Source: an uncultured Algibacter sp.
GTDB taxonomy: Bacteria > Bacteroidota > Bacteroidia > Flavobacteriales > Flavobacteriaceae
Assembly: GCF_947495675.1 (NCBI RefSeq)
Contig: NZ_CANLZX010000007.1
Location: forward strand, 23,224-87,223
Length of the DNA: 64,000 bases
Direction of reading: 5' to 3'
Made by a program: the position numbers and the translations under genes. The notes beneath the pieces are model-generated. The model worked only from the letters and a program-made list of their open reading frames with translations, was not told the DNA's origin and did no database searches. Shown piece after piece: positions 9,731 to 18,390 of the stretch; position 1 is the stretch's first letter; every line of letters starts with the position of its first letter.

Positions 9731-12505
9731 TTATTTAAGTTTTGATTGAAATTCGTATGATCCAGCTTGTACTTCTAATACGAATGCATCCTTCTCAGTA
9801 TTAGTTAATTTTACGTTTGAATTATCTTCAACGTTAGTATCGTTTAATAAGAGTGCTTGTTTCGTATTAGCTAGAATAACAACTTTTGCTGTGGTATTTG
9901 GAGGCACAACCACTTCTAATTTAAAATCATTACCTTTTATTTCCCAAGTAGAAGCTACTTTTCCATAAGGCGTATTTAAACTAGCTGCCGCTGATGTTAA
10001 TGGTTCTTTTGGTACAGGCGCTATTCTAATAGTTTTGTAACCAGCCTCTAAAGGTGCAATACCTGCAATACGTTCGTACATCCATTCACCAATAGCACCA
10101 TAAGCATAATGGTTTAGACTATTCATTTTTTGAGCATTAAAACCATCTTTTTTACTATAACTGTTCCAACGTTCCCAAATAGTGGTTGCGCCTTGATTTA
10201 TAGAATAAAACCATGACGGATAAGTTTCATTAAATAATAATTTGTACATCAAGTCTAATTCACCAGTTGCATCTAAAACTTCGTATAATAAAGGGGTACC
10301 TAAGAATCCGGTTCTTAAATGATTATCGGCTTCTGCTATTTTTCTTAATAAATGTATTTTAGCATTTGCTTTATTCTCTTCAGAAAGTAAACCAAAGGCT
10401 AAAGCTAGTAAATAAGAGGTTTGTGTTTCTGCGACATCTTTTACTTTTCCGTTATTAAAAAACTTGTTTTCAAAAGCATTTGCAACCGTTTTATAAATGG
10501 CATTATATTTTTCAAATTCTTCAGTTTTACCTAAAGCTTTAGCTGTTTTTGCTGTTAAGTTTGCAGAATGCGCAAAAAATGCAGTTCCTATTAAGCTTTT
10601 AGATGTATCTCCTTTATTGTCGCCATTTTCTGGAAGCGGCTGTAACCAGTCTGCAAAAAAGCCCATAGAAGAAATGTTATTTTTAGTAACACTTTCGTGG
10701 TATTTCACCCAGCCTTTCATGGTTTCAAAATTCTCTTCTAGGATTTTTTTATCTCCTGTTCTTAAGTAAATTTTCCAAGGTATAATGGTACATGCATCTC
10801 CCCAACCTGCACTTACTTTATTGTTGTATAAAACATCTGGAACAACCCAAGGAATAGCTCCATTATCGCTTTGTGATTCGCGAACACTTTGCATCCAACT
10901 TGCCCAAAACTTATATACATCGGCATTAAACATAGACGCTGGTGCAAATACTTGTGCATCTGCAGTCCATCCCATACGTTCGTCACGTTGCGGGCAATCG
11001 GTTGGGATATCAAAAAAGTTTCCTCTTAATCCCCAAACGATATTGCTTTGTAATTGATTTAACTTTTCGTGAGACGATGTAAAGGTTCCGTTTTCTTCAA
11101 AATCTGAATATTGCACTAATCCTGTTACCCAATCTTTTGATGGGGTTTTTGAAGTATCAAATCCGCTTAATTCTACATATTGAAATCCGTGAAATGTAAA
11201 TTTTGGCATCCATTCAATCACACCGTCCTTTGAAGCTGTATAATAATTAGTTGACTCCGCACTTCTATAATTTTCAGTATAAAACGTACCATCTGGAGAT
11301 AACTTTTCAGCAAATCGAACTTTTAATGTTTGCCCTTTTTTCATTGGCACTTTTAGCAAAGGCACACCTACCATATTCTGTTGAAAATCAAAAATAGCAG
11401 CTCCATCTTTTTCAATAATAGCTTTTGTTGCTAATTCAATTTTAGATTTAACTGTGGTATGTCTTTTAGGTTCTAGCCTTATGTCTTCCGTAACAGGAAA
11501 TGTTTTTACAGACTCCCATGTTTTATCATCAAAATTAGTAGTGGTCCAATTTGGCATTTCTAAATTGGCATCATAGGTTTCTCCATCGTAAATTTCAGAA
11601 ACTCGAATCGGTCCAGTTGTTGTTCCTTTCCATGTGTCATCAGATAAAATCATTTCTTTAGAACCATCTTTCATAATTAATTCTAATTGAAACAACATTT
11701 TAGGAGTTTCTGTATCGCTCCAATATGATTCCATCCAACCTAAACGTCCTGAATGCCATCCTGCAGCAACCTCAACACCTATGGTGTTTTGTCCAGATTC
11801 TATTAAATTGGTAACATCGTAAGTAATCGTTTCAATACGTTCTTTATAAGGCGTATATCCGGGAGGCATTACATCATCACTAACATCTTCTCCATTTATA
11901 GCCACATCAAAAACCCCTTTTGCGGTAATGTATAATCTTGCGGAAGCAACATCATTAGACAATTTGAAACCTTTTCTTAAGTATTGCGGTCTATGAATAA
12001 TATTATTTTGACTTCCTAAAACCTTTTCTTTTTTCGTGTCTAAACCAATCCATTTGGCTTTCCAATCATTATTATTCAATAAACCCAACTCAAAATGATT
12101 GATTTCACTCCATTTTGAAGCTTCATTATCTTGATTCCAATATTTAACTTGCCAATATACTTTTTGACGTGATTGTAAAGCTGCTCCTTCATACTTGATC
12201 CAAGTAGATTGTGCTGTTTGCTGTTTCTCAGAGTTCCATAAATCTGCATGATCAGGTAACAAATCTGGACTACTGGCCACTACTATTTGATATGCTGACT
12301 GACTTAAAACACCTTCTGAAACTGGCAACTGCCATGAAAAACTTGGCACTTTATCATAAAACCCTAATGGATTTTCAAACCCTTCTGAAATGGTTAATTT
12401 TTGAGCTTCTGCTATAGTTGCTTGTTCTTTACATGACGTAAAGCTCAAACAAACACTAGCACATAACGCATATATAAAATGTTTAAAGTTCATTTTTTTT
12501 AACAT
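9731..12505 (-). CDS. GH78 alpha-L-rhamnosidase (downstream copy of a tandem pair)
   Basis: 924 aa. The N-terminal module reads FSWQLP...QSAYQIVVASS...DLWNS...VYWQVKYWN. DIPTDCPQRDERMGWTADAQVF is the (alpha/alpha)6 catalytic-domain signature. The protein is colinear with 12509..15307. Confidence 0.9.
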   Translation of the reverse strand: MLKKMNFKHFIYALCASVCLSFTSCKEQATIAEAQKLTISEGFENPLGFYDKVPSFSWQLPVSEGVLSQSAYQIVVASSPDLLPDHADLWNSEKQQTAQSTWIKYEGAALQSRQKVYWQVKYWNQDNEASKWSEINHFELGLLNNNDWKAKWIGLDTKKEKVLGSQNNIIHRPQYLRKGFKLSNDVASARLYITAKGVFDVAINGEDVSDDVMPPGYTPYKERIETITYDVTNLIESGQNTIGVEVAAGWHSGRLGWMESYWSDTETPKMLFQLELIMKDGSKEMILSDDTWKGTTTGPIRVSEIYDGETYDANLEMPNWTTTNFDDKTWESVKTFPVTEDIRLEPKRHTTVKSKIELATKAIIEKDGAAIFDFQQNMVGVPLLKVPMKKGQTLKVRFAEKLSPDGTFYTENYRSAESTNYYTASKDGVIEWMPKFTFHGFQYVELSGFDTSKTPSKDWVTGLVQYSDFEENGTFTSSHEKLNQLQSNIVWGLRGNFFDIPTDCPQRDERMGWTADAQVFAPASMFNADVYKFWASWMQSVRESQSDNGAIPWVVPDVLYNNKVSAGWGDACTIIPWKIYLRTGDKKILEENFETMKGWVKYHESVTKNNISSMGFFADWLQPLPENGDNKGDTSKSLIGTAFFAHSANLTAKTAKALGKTEEFEKYNAIYKTVANAFENKFFNNGKVKDVAETQTSYLLALAFGLLSEENKANAKIHLLRKIAEADNHLRTGFLGTPLLYEVLDATGELDLMYKLLFNETYPSWFYSINQGATTIWERWNSYSKKDGFNAQKMNSLNHYAYGAIGEWMYERIAGIAPLEAGYKTIRIAPVPKEPLTSAAASLNTPYGKVASTWEIKGNDFKLEVVVPPNTTAKVVILANTKQALLLNDTNVEDNSNVKLTNTEKDAFVLEVQAGSYEFQSKLK

Positions 12506-12508
12506 GAT

Positions 12509-15307
12509 TTAAAGTTTAGTTTGAAAGTTATAGGTTCCTGGTTCTGCTAAAATCTTTACCGAATTTGTATCAGAACTCATTAATTTTAAATTTGAATTTT
12601 CTGTAAAAATACTTCCATTTACAAATAAATGATCTTTATTACCATAAGGAATATGTACCTCTGCAGAAGTATTAGGTGGAATTATAACATCAAGATTAAA
12701 AGAATCATTCTCAATTTTCCAAGATGATGAAGCTTTTCCATAAGGTGTTTTTACGCTTGCTGAAGCTGATGTTAAATATTCGGTATTAGGTAAAGGTGCA
12801 ATTCTAATTTTTAGGTAACCTGGTTCTAATGATGCTAGACCAGCGATACGCTCGTACATCCATTGGCCAATAGCGCCGTAGGCATAATGATTTAAACTAT
12901 TCATAGGCTGTGAATTGTAACCACCTTCTTTACTAAAGCTATTCCAACGTTCCCACATCGTGGTTGCGCCTTGATTTATAGAATAAAACCAAGATGGATA
13001 CGTTTCTTTAAATAGAATTTTATACATCAAATCTATTTCTCCCATATCATCTAAAACCTTTGGTAAAATTGGTGTTCCTAAAAAACCTGTTCCTAAATGA
13101 TAATCGGCATTTTTAATTTCTTCCAATAAATACTTTTGCGCTTTTATTTTGGTTTCTGGTTTAAATAAATCAAAATAAATACCTAGTAAATAACTTGTTT
13201 GTGTTTGTATTTCTCCTGTAAACTTTCCTTCTTCAAAAAAAGCATTTTCGAAAGCATTAGCAACTGCTTTGTATAAATCTCTATATTTTTTTGCATCCTC
13301 TGATTCACCTAGAACAACCGCAATTTTAGACACTAAATGTGCAGAATGTGCAAAAAAAGCGGCATGTATTAAGTCTTTTGGAGTATCACCTCTATTACCC
13401 AATTTATCAGATTTAGAAGGATAAGGTTGCAACCAATCTGAAAACGAATGCATCTTTGGTAAATAAGGTTGTTTTTTTACTTTAGATTGATAGTAACCAA
13501 CCCATTTTTTTGCCGACTCATAACTTTCTTCAAGCACAGTAATATCGCCAGTTGCATTGTAAATATCCCAAGGAATAATTACAGCAACGTCACCCCAACC
13601 AGAACTTCCATTTCTGGTTTGTAATACATCTGGTACAATAAAAGGCACCATACCATCTTTATGTTCAGATTGATTTTCTCTTAAACTTTGCAACCAAGCC
13701 GTCCAAAATGCATGTACATCATAGTTAAACAAAGATGTTGGTGCAATAACCTGTGCATCTCCTGTCCAACCCAAACGTTCATCACGTTGCGGACAATCTG
13801 TGGGGATATCGAAAAAATTATCTCTTAACCCCCAAGTAATATTACTTTGTAATTGATTCAATTTTTCATGAGAAGAAGTAAACATTCCGTTTTTCTCAAA
13901 ATCTGAATGCTGCGCTATACCTTGTACCCAAGAAGCTTCTGGTTTCGCATTTTTATCGTAACCACTTAATTCTAAAAATTGAAATCCGTGAAATGTAAAT
14001 TTTGGAACATACTCTATAATTTCATTTTTAGCAGCTACGTAATAATCGGTTGACTTTGCAGAACGATAATTCTTGGTGTAAAAAGTATTGTCTTTTAACA
14101 ACATTTCAGAAAAACGTATTTTTAAAGTATCGCCTTTTATCATAGGCACTTTTACTTTTGGTACGCCAACTATATTTTGTTTTAAATTAAAAACTGCCGA
14201 ATTATCATCAACTGAAACTATTTCTATATCTTTTAAAACCCCTTGATATTTTACAGTTTGATGTCTTTTTGGAGCTAATTTAACATCCTTAGAAATAGTT
14301 TCTGTTTCAACTAATTTCCATTTAGAATCATCAAAAGTAGCAATATTCCAATTTGGTATTTCAAAATTTGCATCATATACCTCACCATCATAAATACCAG
14401 CTAAACGTATGGGCCCATTAGTTGTTCCTCTCCAAGATTTATCAGAAACAATGGTTTGTTTTGAACCATCTTTCATGACAACTTCTAACTGAAATAAAAT
14501 TTTAGGTGATAAAAAATTATCATAAAGCGCGGTTAGTCTGCTAATTCTTCCTGAATGCCACCCAGAAGCTAACTCAACAGCTAAAGCGTTTTTTCCTGCT
14601 TGTAAAAGCTCAGTAACATCATAAGTCAATGTTTCTATACGGTGATTATATGGCGTCCAACCCGGTGTCATAACATCGTCACTTACATCTTTTCCATTTA
14701 AATGCACATCAAAAACACCTTTTGCTGTAATGTATAATCTTGCCAAAGCCACATCAGAGGCTAACTCAAAACCTTTCCTTAAATATTGTGGCCTGTGCAT
14801 TAAAAATTTACGAACACCCTTAATGCTATCTTTTGCAGTATCTAATCCTACCCATTTGGCTTGCCAGTCGGCATTGTTTAATAAACCTAATTCAAAAGAA
14901 TTGATTTCGCTCCAATTTGAAGCCTTTTTATCTTGATTCCAATACCTTACTTGCCAATATACTTTTTGTCTTGATTTTAGTGCTTTTCCTTGATATTTTA
15001 CAAAAGTTGATTGTTTACTTTTTTGTTTTTCAGAATCCCATAAATCGGGATTATTAGATAATAATTCTTTAGAAGATGCTACAACTATTTGGTAAGCAGA
15101 TTGGGATTTAATTTGTTCTGATACAGGTAATTCCCATGAAAATGTTGGATTGGGGTTATAAAACCCTATAGGATTTTTAAAACCTTCGGAAATTTTTAAG
15201 GATATTGGTACATTAATCCCTTCTTTAATACATGACACACATAAAAGTAACGAAACGATAACACAATATAATAAGAAATGAAAACTTGACTTTATTGATA
15301 ATTTCAT
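12509..15307 (-). CDS. GH78 alpha-L-rhamnosidase (upstream copy of a tandem pair)
   Basis: The ORF track starts at a GTG (15316); the ATG at 15307 (MKLSIKSS..., signal peptide) is the more likely start. It shares the FSWELP...QSAYQIVVASS...DCPQRDERLGWTGDAQV signatures. Its stop lies 3 nt upstream of the next GH78 start codon (12505). Confidence 0.9.
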   Translation of the reverse strand: MKLSIKSSFHFLLYCVIVSLLLCVSCIKEGINVPISLKISEGFKNPIGFYNPNPTFSWELPVSEQIKSQSAYQIVVASSKELLSNNPDLWDSEKQKSKQSTFVKYQGKALKSRQKVYWQVRYWNQDKKASNWSEINSFELGLLNNADWQAKWVGLDTAKDSIKGVRKFLMHRPQYLRKGFELASDVALARLYITAKGVFDVHLNGKDVSDDVMTPGWTPYNHRIETLTYDVTELLQAGKNALAVELASGWHSGRISRLTALYDNFLSPKILFQLEVVMKDGSKQTIVSDKSWRGTTNGPIRLAGIYDGEVYDANFEIPNWNIATFDDSKWKLVETETISKDVKLAPKRHQTVKYQGVLKDIEIVSVDDNSAVFNLKQNIVGVPKVKVPMIKGDTLKIRFSEMLLKDNTFYTKNYRSAKSTDYYVAAKNEIIEYVPKFTFHGFQFLELSGYDKNAKPEASWVQGIAQHSDFEKNGMFTSSHEKLNQLQSNITWGLRDNFFDIPTDCPQRDERLGWTGDAQVIAPTSLFNYDVHAFWTAWLQSLRENQSEHKDGMVPFIVPDVLQTRNGSSGWGDVAVIIPWDIYNATGDITVLEESYESAKKWVGYYQSKVKKQPYLPKMHSFSDWLQPYPSKSDKLGNRGDTPKDLIHAAFFAHSAHLVSKIAVVLGESEDAKKYRDLYKAVANAFENAFFEEGKFTGEIQTQTSYLLGIYFDLFKPETKIKAQKYLLEEIKNADYHLGTGFLGTPILPKVLDDMGEIDLMYKILFKETYPSWFYSINQGATTMWERWNSFSKEGGYNSQPMNSLNHYAYGAIGQWMYERIAGLASLEPGYLKIRIAPLPNTEYLTSASASVKTPYGKASSSWKIENDSFNLDVIIPPNTSAEVHIPYGNKDHLFVNGSIFTENSNLKLMSSDTNSVKILAEPGTYNFQTKL

Positions 15308-15395
15308 ATTAAACACAAAAAGATAACAATATTTTACGTCCCTAAAAAAGGTCTTAAATTAACTACCAAAGTCTTATTTTTTTTGATAAAAACTA

Positions 15396-15410
15396 TCCTG
15401 TACTGTCTCG
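15396..15410 (-). promoter_or_regulatory. Operator-like phased direct repeat (TCCTGtactgTCTCG, plus strand) upstream of the GH78 tandem operon
   Basis: Half-sites lie at 15396..15400 and 15406..15410, exactly 10 bp apart. The site is 89 nt from the ATG at 15307 and sits between terminator 15461..15495 and the gene. Confidence 0.55.
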
Positions 15411-15460
15411 AAATTTAAATATTTAATAAGAATTACTTTTCATCTGAATTTTATAAGTAA

Positions 15461-15495
15461 AAAAGCTAGAGATTTTAGAATCTCTAGCTTTTTTT
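15461..15495 (-). terminator. Rho-independent terminator after the BNR4-like gene
   Basis: A perfect 11-bp stem, AGCTAGAGATT (15464..15474) / AATCTCTAGCT (15479..15489), has a 4-nt loop. It is flanked by an A-run and a T-run, giving a U-tract on either strand. Confidence 0.8.
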
Positions 15496-15518
15496 AAACA
15501 AAATGTTTTTTTAACTTT

Positions 15519-17969
15519 TTATCTAATTATAAGTTTAGAATGGAAAACCCTTTGATTATCGTCAACTATTTTTATTAAATATAATCCCGATTTAAATCGA
15601 CCATTATTATCAATATCAATTCTATTTGAATTTATTGTATTTTGATAAATAATTTGTCCAAGCATATCGTTTATTACAATAGTAGCTTTATTTACGCCAT
15701 TAAGTAAAACGGTAAATTGATTGTTTGCTGGATTAGGAAAAACCTTCGCTGAAAAAGCATTGGCTTCTACTTCTGGTGCACTTAGCGTTGTAGATTCTAC
15801 TACCCATTTAGACCTGTCGTCGGAATTTCCAATATGTTCAATTATACCGTTGGCGTTGTGATATATATAATTTGAACCATTTCGTGTTCGAAATTGATAT
15901 GTACCATCACTACTGTTATAAATAACGGTAAACTGTTTATCCGAATCTTCTCTTGGTGCAGAAAACCCTGTATTGATAATATCATTTGGAGGATTGCCAG
16001 CTGCTCGTAATATTCCCCTATCAGATCTTTTACTTTCTATATTATAATATTCTCCAGCTTTTACAAATTCCCATTCCTTATCGCCAGAAGCACTATTATC
16101 GCCTGTATCACTTTCAACGACATCTGAACCTACAGAGTATAAATATTTGCCTGTAACAAAATTCTTAATTCTATAAATATCACCTGTTAGGTCTGTTGGA
16201 TCGAATTCACTAAAATTAACAGTATTTTCAATTGAAGATACTGTTTCATTATTCACATTATACGCAATAGCTTGAAGTGTATAGTCTCCTTCAGCAGTAG
16301 GTGACCAATCTATAGCATAAGGCGCACTATTGTCTTCACCAAAATAAGAACCATTTACCCAAAATTCAACCTTAGATATACTGCCATTTTCATCAACTGC
16401 ATTCGCCGAAACTTGAACTGTTTCTCCTATATCAAAAGATGCACCGTTGGATGGTGAAGTTAAAGATACTCTAAACGGTTCTTGCACAATATCTAAATCA
16501 ATAATCTGAAGATAAAGTGGCTGCGCATTACCCGATTTATCTTCCATTAAGTAATAGTATGCTTTACCATTTTCTATGTGGACAACGCCGTGGTCAAACT
16601 GTTTTCCACTAGTAGCCTCATAAACCTTCTCAAAATTATCAGTTCCGCCTTCTGCTTTGTACACAACTACCCTACCGTTATTTAAACCTACTGTATAAAC
16701 ATTAGGCCCTGAGGTGTAAAAAGATCCTGTTATAGATTTTTCTGTAGTTGTAAACTCTGTAGCACCTGCTGGCTTGTAGGTGTGTAAATTTTTAGTAACG
16801 TTATTATCCAAATCTCGTACCTGACTCTTAATATGTACATCCCCATTGTTGGTAACGGTCCAATCAAATCCCCCTACAATGTATACTCTATTTGGATTTG
16901 TTGTCTCTACGTAATCTCCAGGTTCCATGACTTTCATAAAATCGGCATCCCATAATGGAAGACTAAAAGATTCTCCTTTATAATTCTTCCAACCCGTAGC
17001 AGCCGTTTGATCATCTGAATAGGCATAATACACACCGTTTTGATAAAGATATTTATCATCATTGTTTTGTGACCTACGTTGAAAACCTAAACGAAACTTA
17101 CCGTTTACATATTTCATATCACCGTAAAGCCCCCAGTTATAATCAATTCCTGGTTGGCTTCTAGCATTTAACCTATTAAAATCTGTGAAATTACCCCAAT
17201 CTCCTGTATTGGCATCGTATTTTATAAACTTAAACATACCATTGTTATTACCACCTTCCCGCATAAGCATGAAAAGGTCACCATCATCATTTTGGAAAAA
17301 CCGTGGATAGGTCAATGCAACAAACTCAGATTGAGCAGCAGTACCTGGCATTCTTAAATGTTTATAATCATCATTAGAATTTTTAACAAACTTATCTAAT
17401 GTAAAATCTGCATCTGGAAGAGATGCCGCATTTTTAACTGAATAAGAATATCTAAAATAATCGTTAGCTAAACTTCCATTTGATGGTCTACTGGCACTGT
17501 AAGCATGCATATCATATAACAAATGAATTGTACCATCTAAAGGACTTATACCAACAGCTATGGTATTATGAGATTCTCCAATCCAGTATTGATTTTGATA
17601 TCCTGTATGCCTATGAGGAAACTCTATAGTTGCCATTGTACCGGTTACTGTATTGTAACGGGTAAGCATAACATGACGATCTGCTTTACCACCACGATAC
17701 CACGTCATAAAAACATAATCACCATAGGTTTTTATGGCATCTCCATGAGCAGAAATATTACGTCCAAAGAAAAAATCATATGGTGCATTATCTCCTGTAT
17801 TAGAGGTGCCACTAGAAACTTTACTACCATCAAAATGGAGACCTAAATCTGTGATTTTAACTTCCGTTTCTAGAATAACTTGAGCTAAACTGGTTTGAAA
17901 TAAACACAGCGTAAGAAGAACACTTAAGTTTTTTATTAAGAAACTTAAGTTTGGGGTATTTTTTTTCAT
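15519..17969 (-). CDS. Secreted multidomain protein: BNR4-like beta-propeller + Ig-like domain + ricin-type beta-trefoil + T9SS C-terminal sorting domain
   Basis: 816 aa. The propeller region is His-rich: FPHRHTGYQNQYWIGESHNTIAVGISPLDGTIHLLYDMHAYS. The Ig-like segment reads VSLTSPSNGASF...APYAIDW. The trefoil-like segment reads YRIKNFVTGKYLY...QFRTRNGSNYIY...SKWVVE. The T9SS CTD reads KVFPNPANNQFTV...GLYLIKIVD. The gene is bounded by an operator-like element upstream and a terminator downstream. Confidence 0.65.
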   Translation of the reverse strand: MKKNTPNLSFLIKNLSVLLTLCLFQTSLAQVILETEVKITDLGLHFDGSKVSSGTSNTGDNAPYDFFFGRNISAHGDAIKTYGDYVFMTWYRGGKADRHVMLTRYNTVTGTMATIEFPHRHTGYQNQYWIGESHNTIAVGISPLDGTIHLLYDMHAYSASRPSNGSLANDYFRYSYSVKNAASLPDADFTLDKFVKNSNDDYKHLRMPGTAAQSEFVALTYPRFFQNDDGDLFMLMREGGNNNGMFKFIKYDANTGDWGNFTDFNRLNARSQPGIDYNWGLYGDMKYVNGKFRLGFQRRSQNNDDKYLYQNGVYYAYSDDQTAATGWKNYKGESFSLPLWDADFMKVMEPGDYVETTNPNRVYIVGGFDWTVTNNGDVHIKSQVRDLDNNVTKNLHTYKPAGATEFTTTEKSITGSFYTSGPNVYTVGLNNGRVVVYKAEGGTDNFEKVYEATSGKQFDHGVVHIENGKAYYYLMEDKSGNAQPLYLQIIDLDIVQEPFRVSLTSPSNGASFDIGETVQVSANAVDENGSISKVEFWVNGSYFGEDNSAPYAIDWSPTAEGDYTLQAIAYNVNNETVSSIENTVNFSEFDPTDLTGDIYRIKNFVTGKYLYSVGSDVVESDTGDNSASGDKEWEFVKAGEYYNIESKRSDRGILRAAGNPPNDIINTGFSAPREDSDKQFTVIYNSSDGTYQFRTRNGSNYIYHNANGIIEHIGNSDDRSKWVVESTTLSAPEVEANAFSAKVFPNPANNQFTVLLNGVNKATIVINDMLGQIIYQNTINSNRIDIDNNGRFKSGLYLIKIVDDNQRVFHSKLIIR

Positions 17970-18035
17970 GCTTTTTTTTTTAATATTCGAAATTGAATAA
18001 TTATATAAAAATTATGAAAAAAAAGTTTAAAAGTA

Positions 18036-18050
18036 TCCTGCTCTATCCTG
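18036..18050 (-). promoter_or_regulatory. Operator-like phased direct repeat (TCCTGctctaTCCTG) upstream of the BNR4-like gene
   Basis: Two perfect TCCTG half-sites lie 10 bp apart, 67 nt from start codon 17969. Confidence 0.6.
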
Positions 18051-18072
18051 AAAAACAGACAAACAACTATAT

Positions 18073-18387
18073 TTACTCCATATAAAACACTTCTTCCAAA
18101 GGAATTGAGACTGGAGAGTTATCTGGATTAACGTCCATAATATCTGCCATAAAATCCCACCATTTTTTTACAATTGGATTATGTGCTAAATCTTGAGAAC
18201 CTCCATCTCCTGAAACTTTTTGAAAAGCAAAAAGGGTATGGGTTTCCTCATCAAAAAATATGGAATACTCACTTACACCATTATCTTTTAAAAGCTTTTC
18301 AAGTTCTGGCCATAGCTCATTATGGCGTTTAGTATAGGCTTCTTTTTGTCCTTTATTTAATTTCATTTTAAAAGCTAGTCTTTGCAT
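18073..18387 (-). CDS. rhaM: L-rhamnose mutarotase
   Basis: 104 aa with the typical RhaM length and sequence (MQRLAFKMKLNKGQKEAYTKRHNELWPEL...YSIFFDEETHTLFAF...WWDFMADIM). There is no signal peptide. Confidence 0.85.
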   Translation of the reverse strand: MQRLAFKMKLNKGQKEAYTKRHNELWPELEKLLKDNGVSEYSIFFDEETHTLFAFQKVSGDGGSQDLAHNPIVKKWWDFMADIMDVNPDNSPVSIPLEEVFYME

Positions 18388-18390
18388 AAT

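Noticed and set aside
15308-15316. GTG start (15316) for the upstream GH78 gene.
   Set aside because: The ATG three codons downstream (15307) starts a normal signal peptide. The difference is trivial and cannot be decided from sequence, so the ATG was preferred.
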